35,850 nucleotides of DNA, from positions 1 through 35,850 of the forward strand of contig VHBV01000001.1 of the NCBI GenBank assembly GCA_016882165.1. The letters are read 5' to 3'. This document shows, piece after piece, positions 27,965 to 35,850 of the stretch (within the stretch, counting starts at the first letter, position 1; every line of letters begins with the position of its first letter). The translations under genes were made by a program, and so were the position numbers. The notes beneath the pieces are model-generated. The model had not been told where the DNA came from. It did no database searches and worked only from the letters and a program-made list of their open reading frames with translations. The stretch comes from Candidatus Pelagibacterales bacterium. GTDB lineage: Bacteria > Pseudomonadota > Alphaproteobacteria > Rickettsiales > UBA1997.

Positions 27965-29700
27965 CTATCAACTCCAACTGAAACAAATTCTTGTCCACCT
28001 CTTGCAATCCACGGATTTTCCTCAATTGCTTTGGTCAAACCATTTTGAATGGCTTTTATAACTTCAACAGAATCAGCATTTATAAAAACTGTTTTTTTAC
28101 CTTCTATTTCATCAGATTGAATTCTTAAAACACTTTCACCTTGTCTTTGAACACCAAGATTTATTTGCACATCACGATCTTTCATTCTTAGTTGATGTTC
28201 AGAAGAAACTTCTCTCATATAACTTATTGAATCATTCTTTGCAGACAAATCATCAATTGAAAATGGACCTATTGCAACTTCATGGGCTCTTATCATATCC
28301 AAAGTTTGTGAGTAAAATGATGCATTATTTGCTAAACGGGGCAGTATGTTACTTAGGTTTTGTTCTAAAGTTTTATCCCATTCAAACACACCATCAAGAG
28401 CTAATTTATTGAGTTGCGCTTTATCATGCCTTAAAAATAACAAATCAAAAAAATACATCTCTTCTCTACTAAGAAGAGGAACATTTGATATCGCTTTATC
28501 AATCATTTCAGAATTACTTGCATTTTTCTGACTTAACAAAAATTCTCCTATTTTCCCTCTAATTTCGTCTTTACCATAATCATTAGCAATGTTTCCTTCT
28601 TTTTCTTGTCTTATTTCATCTTCTGAAAAAAGTAATAATACATTTGGAGTATTAGCAAGCTCTTGACTAGGAAAACCATAATTATCACGCATTTTCTTTC
28701 TTGAACTTAGATCTGCTGAACCTTTTACTAATTTCTCAAATTCTGTTTTCTGACGTTCTTCTTCTGCTTTTGGTCCACCAAAAGGAAGCAATAAAAACTC
28801 CATTTCATAACCAACTGTAGTTTCTAAGCCTTGCGAAACTAAATTATCTTTATACTGCTTTTGCCAAGAATCTGTATCTTTGTATTTTTTTACCTCACTT
28901 TCCAAAAGATCAGTATCAACTTTAACACTTTTTAAACTAGATAATCCTGTAAAAAACTGTCTTGCTTTGGTTATTAAGTCTGATGAAGAAGATGAAGTAA
29001 CGTAAGATTCTATTTCTCTTATCTGCCTTGCAGCATCAACTCCAGCACGATAAAGAGTTCCTTGGTTTATTGCAGTATGTTCTTCAATTCCATCAACTCC
29101 ATGATTTTTCTTAATTACATCAAAATTGTCAGCTAAAGCCACTTCATTGTTAAGTCTAACTAAAGAGGAAAAAAATTGTTTTTCATCTTCAATTACAGAT
29201 AATTCTTGAGATCTTTGTTCCAAAGATTTTCCTTGGCTTTCCAGAATTGTACGAACAAATTTACCGTAGTTCCAAGAGATACGACTGTGAGCATGCTGAT
29301 ATTTATGATCTGACTCTTCAATTAATTTTCTTCGAAATTCTTTTACTGCTTCTGATACACCAAACAAATCTTCTACTTGGCATCTTTTCTCTTCTAACGT
29401 TATTTGCTGTTTTGAATCAATTTCATTTATCTGATTCAAAGTTCTCATCACCTCAGCAGAAAAATCTGATGATTTAAGGCTAGTAATATCTTTGCCAAAT
29501 ATTTGTTGATAATTAAAAGCAAAAGATTGCAGTTCTTGTTTTAATGCTTCGCTAGAAGTTAGTTCAGATATCAAGCTTGCACTTTCAATAAAAGGAATGA
29601 TTAAGTTTATAGATTTTCTCTTCACTTCTGCTTCCAGAGAGTTCCATCCAGCTATTATGTCTTTTAGCTGATCCTGACGATTTTTTAAAACAGAGACCAT
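27940..29700 (-). CDS. N-terminal part (zero frame) of a large protein with a GS/GCL/amidoligase-like domain and a ~290-aa uncharacterised N-terminal region
   Basis: A strong SD (AAGGAGGATTA) lies just before the ATG at 29700. VGYEMEFLLL (ExE strand) and AHEVAIGPF resemble glutamine synthetase superfamily motifs. The assignment is at motif level only. Confidence 0.55.
   Translation of the reverse strand: MVSVLKNRQDQLKDIIAGWNSLEAEVKRKSINLIIPFIESASLISELTSSEALKQELQSFAFNYQQIFGKDITSLKSSDFSAEVMRTLNQINEIDSKQQITLEEKRCQVEDLFGVSEAVKEFRRKLIEESDHKYQHAHSRISWNYGKFVRTILESQGKSLEQRSQELSVIEDEKQFFSSLVRLNNEVALADNFDVIKKNHGVDGIEEHTAINQGTLYRAGVDAARQIREIESYVTSSSSSDLITKARQFFTGLSSLKSVKVDTDLLESEVKKYKDTDSWQKQYKDNLVSQGLETTVGYEMEFLLLPFGGPKAEEERQKTEFEKLVKGSADLSSRKKMRDNYGFPSQELANTPNVLLLFSEDEIRQEKEGNIANDYGKDEIRGKIGEFLLSQKNASNSEMIDKAISNVPLLSREEMYFFDLLFLRHDKAQLNKLALDGVFEWDKTLEQNLSNILPRLANNASFYSQTLDMIRAHEVAIGPFSIDDLSAKNDSISYMREVSSEHQLRMKDRDVQINLGVQRQGESVLRIQSDEIEGKKTVFINADSVEVIKAIQNGLTKAIEENPWIARGGQEFVSVGVDRKKVLMVI
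27958..27964 (-). promoter_or_regulatory. A_AAA_AAG heptamer in the correct phase for -1 ribosomal frameshifting
   Basis: The minus strand reads GGAG TTGATAG A AAA AAG G, and the zero-frame codons are AGA AAA AAG. The zero frame stops 5 codons later, while the -1 frame continues for 154 codons. Confidence 0.4.
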
Positions 29701-29779
29701 TAATCCTCCTTAAGTTCATTATCTTAAAAATTAAGTTCTAATGGTCTTAGTTTCTAATTTTAATTAATTCAACTAATAA

Positions 29780-31018
29780 TTACTTAGCGTCAAGTCCGTA
29801 AGCAGTATGTAAAACTCTAACTGCTAATTCACCATATTCTTTTGCAATTAAAACTGAAATTTTAATTTCCGATGTTGAAATTAGAAGGATGTTAATTCCT
29901 TTTTCAGCAAGTGTTTTGAACATTGTATGCGCAACACCAGAGTGACTAATCATACCAACACCAATTACAGAAATTTTAGCAATATTTTCATCAATTAGAA
30001 CCGAATGATATTGAGCTTGTTCTTTTACAGAATCAATTGCAAGCTTAGCTCTTTCAAGCTCTTCTTTAGAAGTAGTAAATGTTACATCTGTAAAACCATC
30101 GGCTGAGATATTTTGCACAATCATGTCTACATTAACTTCTGCTTGTGCCAATGCGCCAAAAATAGATGAGGAAAGACCTGGACGATCTGGTACTTTTGTG
30201 ATTGTAATTCTTACGTCATTTTTACTGTAACTTATTCCTGTAATTAAACGTCTTTCCATAATTTCCTCGTCATTATTTACTAAAGTTGTTCCCGAATTTG
30301 GGGTTGTGTCAGTGAAAGTTGATAAAACGCGAACTCGAACATTGTGAGCCATTGCCATAGCAACTGAGCGAGTTTGCAAAACTTTTGATCCGCTGTAAGC
30401 CATTTCTAACATTTCTTCATAACTTACTTTTTGAAGCTTACGTGCTTTCTCAGTAATTCTTGGATCAGTTGTATAAACTCCATCAACATCTGTGTAAATA
30501 TCACAAATATCGGCTTTAATTGCCGCAGCAATTGCAACCGCAGAAGTATCAGAACCACCCCTACCAAGAGTTGTTACTCGATTTGATGAATCATTAATTC
30601 CTTGAAAACCAGCCACAACAATCACATCGTAATCCTCTAAAGATTTAAGCAAAATTGATCCATCAATTTCTTCAATTCTTGCTTTACTATGAACATTATC
30701 GGTTTTTACAGGAATTTGCCAGCCCAAGAAAGATCTTGCTTTATATCCCTGAGATTGAAGTTCTAAAGCCACTAACCCGCAAGTTATTTGTTCTCCTGTT
30801 GCAGTAACAGAATCATATTCACACAAAGCTTCTGGAGTTGTAAGACTTGAAACCTGACTACAATAATCGACCAGTTGATTTGTAACTCCTGACATAGCAG
30901 AAACAACAACTACAACCTTGTTTCCAAGGTCTAACTCTTGTTTGATTTTTTTAGAAACATTTTTAACTCTGGCAATATCACCAACAGAAGTGCCGCCAAA
31001 TTTCTGAACAACAAGCAT
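29780..31018 (-). CDS. lysC: Aspartate kinase
   Basis: VQKFGGTSVG at the N-terminus, LGRGGSDTSA, and two C-terminal ACT domains; 412 aa. Confidence 0.93.
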   Translation of the reverse strand: MLVVQKFGGTSVGDIARVKNVSKKIKQELDLGNKVVVVVSAMSGVTNQLVDYCSQVSSLTTPEALCEYDSVTATGEQITCGLVALELQSQGYKARSFLGWQIPVKTDNVHSKARIEEIDGSILLKSLEDYDVIVVAGFQGINDSSNRVTTLGRGGSDTSAVAIAAAIKADICDIYTDVDGVYTTDPRITEKARKLQKVSYEEMLEMAYSGSKVLQTRSVAMAMAHNVRVRVLSTFTDTTPNSGTTLVNNDEEIMERRLITGISYSKNDVRITITKVPDRPGLSSSIFGALAQAEVNVDMIVQNISADGFTDVTFTTSKEELERAKLAIDSVKEQAQYHSVLIDENIAKISVIGVGMISHSGVAHTMFKTLAEKGINILLISTSEIKISVLIAKEYGELAVRVLHTAYGLDAK

Positions 31019-31281
31019 AATTTTTTTCTGATTTATTGTATTTGATGAAATTTCAAGAGTAATATTTTCTAGTGTTTGAGAATATTTGCAAGAAGCTTTT
31101 TTTCTTATTCAATGCTGTCTTAATTCAAAAATTCAGTTATTTTGGCATTTACTAAAACAGAATTATATTAACACTAAGTCATCATCACAAACAGTTTGAA
31201 ATAGTGCATGGCAATCTTTTTTAACATCCGCAGATTTTTGCCTTACTATTTATTATCGCTATAAACCCAAAAATTCCTTAC

Positions 31282-31312
31282 AAAAAAACCCGCCGCAATT
31301 TTTTGCGACGGG
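31282..31312 (-). terminator. Rho-independent terminator about 270 nt downstream of pstS
   Basis: The minus strand reads cccgtcgcaa aaaa ttgcggcggg followed by ttttttt. Confidence 0.65.
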
Positions 31313-31582
31313 CCTGCTTTGTTAAATACTCAAAATTTGAATATTTATTAGAAGTTATCACTTGGATAAACTCCTCATCTTTCAAGACGAAAAAGCAATT
31401 ACGCTATCTTAGCTTAGAAAGTTACATAACTAAAGATAACGTAACAAATATAACCAACGGAATAAAGGCTATCATATAAGTTACGATAAGTTTTAGTTAA
31501 TAGATAAGGAATTTACCACAGATCTAACTTCTTTATAAAATTAGATAAGCGACAAACCACTAGGCAATGCGAAGAAAAAATT

Positions 31583-32641
31583 TTAGAAACTTTTCTTCAC
31601 CTCATCCTTTACTTTTTGGATTTCCAAATCAGTAAGAGGGATAAGTCCTTTTTGCAGCAAATATCCGTCTTTACCAACGGTATCAGTGCTTATAATTTCT
31701 GAAATAAACTCACGCATTTGTGGAATTAAGTTAAGATGTTCTTTCTTGAAATAGATAAAAAGCGGACGCGAAACAGGATAAGTTCCTAAAACAATATTAT
31801 CAAAACTTGGTTCAACATCATTAATTCTTGAGGCTTGAATTATTTCATGATTTTCTTCCAAAAATGAAAATCCGAAAATTCCTAAAGCATTTACATCATT
31901 TCTAAGCTTTTGAACAATTAGATTATCATTTTCTCCAGCTTCAATAAATTTACCATCACTTCTAATTACATGACATTTTTTCTGTCTCTTCTTTTTATCA
32001 GAATATTCTTTTTCAAAAACTTTTAACTTCACACAAGGTTCTTCCATGACCAATTCAACAAAAGCGTCTCTTGTACCAGAAGTAGAAGGAGGACCATAAA
32101 TTGCAATTGCAATATTTGGCAATTTGGCATCAATATCACTCCACTTTTGATAAGGATTTGGAACCAATTTTTCACCACTTGCATCAGGAACATTCTCGGC
32201 TAAAGCCAAAAATATTTGTTCTTTAGTTAAGTTATATTGCAAACCACCAAGAGAGTTGGCCAAAACAATACCATCATAACCAATTTTTATTTCCACAGGT
32301 TCAGAAATACCATTTTCCAAACATCTTGCAATCTCACTTTTTTCAATTCGACGTGAAGCATTTGAAAAATCAGGATAATGAACTCCAACACCTGAACAAA
32401 ATAACTTAAATCCACCTCCTGTACCCATTGCTTCTACAATAGGAGTTCTTGACTTTGGATTTTTAGATTTTGCATTACGCCCAAACTCTTCTGCAATTGT
32501 GGCAGCAAAAGGATAGACGGTAGAAGAACCAACTATTGTTAGGTAGTTTCTGGAAGAAGATTTTTGACTTTCTTTTGCACTAGACGCAAAAGACCAATTT
32601 GGAAAAGTAGCAAGGAAAATTATGACTAAAAATCGCAACAT
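31583..32641 (-). CDS. pstS: Phosphate ABC transporter substrate-binding protein (PstS family)
   Basis: It has GSSTVYPF and GTGGG segments and SGTRD. The start at 32641 (MLRFLVIIFLATF) gives a normal signal peptide, whereas the longer ORF from 32698 does not. Confidence 0.85.
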   Translation of the reverse strand: MLRFLVIIFLATFPNWSFASSAKESQKSSSRNYLTIVGSSTVYPFAATIAEEFGRNAKSKNPKSRTPIVEAMGTGGGFKLFCSGVGVHYPDFSNASRRIEKSEIARCLENGISEPVEIKIGYDGIVLANSLGGLQYNLTKEQIFLALAENVPDASGEKLVPNPYQKWSDIDAKLPNIAIAIYGPPSTSGTRDAFVELVMEEPCVKLKVFEKEYSDKKKRQKKCHVIRSDGKFIEAGENDNLIVQKLRNDVNALGIFGFSFLEENHEIIQASRINDVEPSFDNIVLGTYPVSRPLFIYFKKEHLNLIPQMREFISEIISTDTVGKDGYLLQKGLIPLTDLEIQKVKDEVKKSF

Positions 32642-32785
32642 AACCGCATTAAAATTAAGTAACCAAACGAAGCGGTAACATCGCCACCAAAAGAACAACT
32701 ATAAAATTATCAAAAAATTTTGCGAAGTCAATTTTTTTGTTAGGTAAATATTTTTTAGGATAATACTTTAAACATGAAGAAATTT

Positions 32786-32867
32786 TCATTCTGAGAAAAG
32801 CGAAGATTCTCAAGCGTTTGTGTTCCAAAGTAAAAATTCTAAAATTCTTCGCCTTGCTCAGAATGAC
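32786..32867. repeat. Family A palindromic element
   Basis: Arms tcattctgagaaaagcgaagattctc / gaattcttcgccttgctcagaatgac. The 71-aa ORF at 32655-32870 is only its translation. Confidence 0.85.
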
Positions 32868-32972
32868 CATTTTAGGATAATTAATTATTTTAACAAAAAG
32901 TAATATTGAAAATCAAAAAGCACTAAACTATCGTCGTCTTCTCTCTTTATTATCAATCTTCAAAAAAGCTTA

Positions 32973-35273
32973 ATGCAAATAAAAGCCATGAAAAAAATTA
33001 GCTCATCTTCAAAGCTATTGCTGTGCCTTTTTTCTTGCTTGTTTTTTAGTGCGAATGCTTTCTCTAGTAACATAATCATTAAAGGTAATGAAAGAGTTAC
33101 CAACAGCACAATAAAATCTTACATTTCGAATCTTAATCAAGAAGGAGTTTCACAAAAAGAAATTGACGAAGCTTTGAAAAAACTATACGAATCTGATCTT
33201 TTTTCTGAAGTCAAAATTTATCCAGAATCTGATTCAGTAATTGTTGAAGTAAAAGAAAATCCAATCATCAGTGAAGTTAAATTTATTGGAAACAAGAAAA
33301 TTGAAGACGAAGCTTTACAGAATGAAATTTCTTTGAAAAAACGCTCTGTTTTCACCAAATCAAAACTACAATCAGATATAAAAAGAATTAACGAAATTTA
33401 CCTAAAATCTGGCAGATTTCTTACAACAATTGATCCTAAAATAGTTCCAAAAGATCAAAACCGCGTTGAATTAATTTTTGAAATTTTTGAAGGAAAAACC
33501 ACCAAAATTTCTAACATCTATTTTATTGGTAATGAAAATTTTTCTGATCAAGACTTACTTGATGAAATTTCTACTAAAAAATCAAAATGGTGGCGCTTCT
33601 TCTCATCTTCAGACACTTACGATTCTGATCGCGTTGAGTTTGATAAAGAGAAATTACGTCGCTTCTACGGATCTAAAGGTTATGCCGACTTTAATGCAAT
33701 TTCTTCAATTGCACAAATTACGCCAAATAAAGATAAATTTTTCATAACTTTCTTAATTGAAGAAGGAATCAAATATAAACTGGGCAACATAAACATAATC
33801 AACCACATAAATAAATTTGATTCTTCCATCTTAGAGAAAGAAATTTTAGTAAAAAAAGGCAAAACTTATAATTCTGAATTAATTGACAAAACCGTTGATA
33901 GAATGGTGGAAGTTATGTCAGAAAAGTCTTATGCTTTTGCTCACATTGAACCAGTTTTAAAACGCAATAAAGAAACAAAAGTAATTGATGTTGATTTTGT
34001 CATCAATGAAACTTCAGCAATTTATATTGATCAAATTACAATCAGCGGTAACACAAGAACTAAAGACGAAGTAATAAGAAGAGAATTAAGAATTCAGGAA
34101 GGTGATGCTTACAATATCACTAAAATTAACCGCTCAAAGCAAAGAATAGAAAATTTAGGATTTTTTGATAAAGTTGAATTTAAAACCAAACGAGTTTCTG
34201 ATTCAGGTTTTAAGTCTGATAAAGTTAATATTGAGATTATAGTTAAAGAAAAGAAAACAGGCGAACTAAATTTAGGTATCGGATATTCCACAATTGGCAA
34301 AGCAACTGCAAACATTGGAATTAAAGAAAGAAACCTTTTTGGAACTGGACAAGAACTTGGAATAAACGTTCAAAGATCTTCGTTACGCAACACATCAGAA
34401 ATTAATTACACTAAACCTTATTTTATGGGTCGACCAATTGATGTGGGCTTTGACTTATCGAAATACGAATTAAATAAACTATCAACCCTAGTTTACGATC
34501 AAACCTACCAAGGGATTGTTTTTCGTGGAGATTACGCAATAACTGAATTCTTAAAACATCAAGTTCGCTATTCTTACAGCGACCAGACAGTTAGTAACGT
34601 CAGCTCAGGAGCTTCTCAAAATATCAAAAATTTGCAAGGCACTTTTAAAACTTCTGCTGTGGGTCAAAGCTTTTTATATGACAAAAGAGATAATATAATG
34701 AACCCAAAAGATGGTTATTATATTTCATTAAGCCAAGACTATGCTGGATTTGTTGGCGGCAACGTTGATAACATAAAATATGAAGGTTCAATTGGTTATT
34801 ACGCTCCAACATTTAATGATGATTATATTTTAAAATTCTTGATGCGTGGTGGTATGATTGACGGTATTGGACAAGATGTTAGAAGTAACTTTGGTTTCTT
34901 CTTGGGTGGAAATAACTTCAGAGGTTTTGAATATGCAGGTTTAGGACCAAGAGTTTTATCAACAGGAGACGTTGTGGGTGGTAATCAATATTACGTTGGA
35001 ACAGCAGAATTTATGTTTCCTTTAGGTTTGCCGAAAGAATTGGGAATTAATGGTATTTTATTCAGCGATAATGGAACTGTCAAAGGAGTGGATAACATCA
35101 ATAAAATTGGCGCAAACGTTACTGATACAGGTTCACTAAGATCGTCCTACGGCTTAAGTATTGCTTGGTCTTCGCCAATGGGTCCAATTCGTCTTGATTT
35201 TTCAAAAGTTGCAAAAAGAGAAACTTTTGATCGAACGCAGACTTTCAGATTCAGTTTTGGAACAAGCTTTTAA
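32973..35273 (+). CDS. bamA: Outer membrane protein assembly factor BamA (Omp85)
   Basis: A 766-aa protein with a signal peptide, five POTRA-like repeats, a C-terminal beta-barrel and a terminal ...FRFSFGTSF. An alternative start lies at 32988. Confidence 0.93.
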   Translation: MQIKAMKKISSSSKLLLCLFSCLFFSANAFSSNIIIKGNERVTNSTIKSYISNLNQEGVSQKEIDEALKKLYESDLFSEVKIYPESDSVIVEVKENPIISEVKFIGNKKIEDEALQNEISLKKRSVFTKSKLQSDIKRINEIYLKSGRFLTTIDPKIVPKDQNRVELIFEIFEGKTTKISNIYFIGNENFSDQDLLDEISTKKSKWWRFFSSSDTYDSDRVEFDKEKLRRFYGSKGYADFNAISSIAQITPNKDKFFITFLIEEGIKYKLGNINIINHINKFDSSILEKEILVKKGKTYNSELIDKTVDRMVEVMSEKSYAFAHIEPVLKRNKETKVIDVDFVINETSAIYIDQITISGNTRTKDEVIRRELRIQEGDAYNITKINRSKQRIENLGFFDKVEFKTKRVSDSGFKSDKVNIEIIVKEKKTGELNLGIGYSTIGKATANIGIKERNLFGTGQELGINVQRSSLRNTSEINYTKPYFMGRPIDVGFDLSKYELNKLSTLVYDQTYQGIVFRGDYAITEFLKHQVRYSYSDQTVSNVSSGASQNIKNLQGTFKTSAVGQSFLYDKRDNIMNPKDGYYISLSQDYAGFVGGNVDNIKYEGSIGYYAPTFNDDYILKFLMRGGMIDGIGQDVRSNFGFFLGGNNFRGFEYAGLGPRVLSTGDVVGGNQYYVGTAEFMFPLGLPKELGINGILFSDNGTVKGVDNINKIGANVTDTGSLRSSYGLSIAWSSPMGPIRLDFSKVAKRETFDRTQTFRFSFGTSF

Positions 35274-35433
35274 TATGTAACAACTTGTCATCCAACAATA
35301 ATTTGTCATCCTGAGCGAAAGCGAAGGATCTCAGGAGTTTGAATCCAAGACTCAATCCTTTCCAAAAGTTAAAAAGACATGAACAGCTGTACGGGGTTAG
35401 GAAACCCCGTACAGCGTAGAAACAAGCTTTTAA
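35274..35433. mobile_element. 160-bp non-coding insertion flanked by 13-bp direct repeats, immediately after the bamA stop
   Basis: aacaagcttttaa occurs at 35261-35273 and again at 35421-35433. The interior carries a family A motif (gtcatcctgagcgaaagcgaaggatctcagg, 35305-35335) and a perfect 13-bp-stem hairpin (35386-35415). Confidence 0.6.
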
Positions 35434-35442
35434 CAACAAGAA

Positions 35443-35476
35443 ATATACCAAAACATAAATTTATGTTTTGGTATAT
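35443..35476. repeat. Perfect 34-bp palindrome made of two abutting family C terminal repeats
   Basis: atataccaaaacataaa | tttatgttttggtatat. The same 17-mer recurs at 35686-35702. Confidence 0.9.
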
Positions 35477-35486
35477 CCCTTTAATT

Positions 35487-35699
35487 TTACTTACTCATCT
35501 CGTCTCGCTTCTCAACAGTAGGAAGAATACTGAAAGAACTGGCTCTACTTAAAGGCTTTGTTCTGTAACTTGTTGGCAATTGCTCAAATTCAGCTTCTCT
35601 TTCGTTTATTTTAATATTTACCAATCCACCTCCAACAACACCCTGATTAATGCTATGCCCATGACTATTATTCATAATCAAAGCAATATACCAAAACAT
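35487..35699 (-). CDS. Doubtful 70-aa ORF
   Basis: This rests on the open frame only. Its ATG lies inside the repeat copy at 35686-35702, and I see no recognisable motif or SD. Confidence 0.15.
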   Translation of the reverse strand: MFWYIALIMNNSHGHSINQGVVGGGLVNIKINEREAEFEQLPTSYRTKPLSRASSFSILPTVEKRDEMSK

Positions 35700-35850
35700 A
35701 AATCTATACTCTTAATTAATTCTAACTAAACTTTCCCACAATATCAACTAAATTTGTGGATTTATGGCGAAGGCTTATTCTTTGGATTTAAGGCAAAGAG
35801 TTTTTAATTTACTGGCTCAAGGGGAATCTAAATTATTTATTGAAGAAACT
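35686..35850 (+). mobile_element. Left end of an IS630-family insertion sequence (partial; transposase ORF starts at 35765 and runs off the window)
   Basis: The translation MAKAYSLDLRQRVFNLLAQGESKLFIEET matches my recollection of the conserved IS630/Tc1-mariner transposase N-terminus (..AYS.DLR.RV..). A candidate terminal repeat lies 63 nt upstream of the ATG. Confidence 0.55.

Noticed and set aside
31019-31281. Lysine riboswitch (L-box) in the lysC leader
   Set aside because: The leader is extremely AT-rich and lacks the conserved GC-rich P1 helix and the GAGGCGC / GGAGAG-type core segments.
31313-31582. Two-piece alphaproteobacterial tmRNA or another housekeeping RNA downstream of pstS
   Set aside because: On either strand I could find no ANDN-type tag reading frame, no T-arm/acceptor-like GC-rich segments, no SRP GGAA-tetraloop helix and no RNase P GAGGAAAGTCC motif.
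32655-32870. 71-aa ORF upstream of pstS
   Set aside because: It is the translation of a family A palindromic element plus spacer. The ORFs at 35251-35451, 1282-1485 and 3047-3250 likewise cover repeat elements or terminator DNA.
32642-32972. Pho box (paired CTGTCAT repeats) in the pstS/bamA divergent region
   Set aside because: The only similar strings (gtcattctgag) are the arms of the dispersed family A element, which occurs at unrelated loci.
35463-35552. Plus-strand mini-ORF MFWYIPLILL... mirroring the MFWYI start of the minus-strand 70-aa ORF
   Set aside because: Both ATGs are part of the inverted terminal repeat (tttatgttttggtatat), so the shared MFWYI peptide is an artefact of repeat symmetry and not evidence for coding.

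Overview
This is a visibly AT-rich bacterial chromosome segment. I infer an alphaproteobacterial obligate-intracellular lineage (Rickettsiales/Holosporales-like). The inference rests on a ppiD-like gene next to trpE, a MerR regulator with the RFWE...RRYY signature, and dense palindromic intergenic elements of the 'cgtcattgcgag...cgtggcaatc' and 'gtcattctgagcgaagc' kinds that resemble Rickettsia-type palindromic elements. About 28 protein genes are credible, and most are housekeeping: rluD, miaA, recO, prepilin peptidase, an NlpD-like LysM/M23 peptidase, ftsY, trpE/pabB, ppiD-like, uvrA, ispA, yqaA-like, MerR, an AI-2E transporter, purM, PEBP/YbhB, lysC, pstS and bamA. I recognised no rRNA, tRNA or CRISPR array. 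The parts worth a second look are these. (1) A roughly 735-aa protein with motif-level resemblance to the glutamine synthetase/glutamate-cysteine ligase/amidoligase superfamily is split into two frames exactly at an in-phase A_AAA_AAG heptamer; this is either a candidate -1 frameshift or a fresh pseudogene. (2) A 5-kb accessory islet bracketed by repeats lies between ppiD and uvrA and carries an orphan sensor-less histidine kinase, a LysR regulator and an aminotransferase/unknown/formyltransferase module. (3) A type II restriction-modification operon has an intact methyltransferase but a frameshifted endonuclease. (4) A stand-alone ORF encodes only the C-terminal part of a type-2 isoleucyl-tRNA synthetase. 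(5) A pilin-leader::LamG fusion protein is present. (6) At least three dispersed repeat families occur, including a 28-bp tandem array, a 160-bp element inserted at the bamA stop codon with 13-bp direct repeats, and inverted-repeat elements that look like MITEs derived from a partial IS630-family element at the right edge. All functional calls come from reading motifs in the supplied translations by eye. No database search was run, and start codons are approximate.
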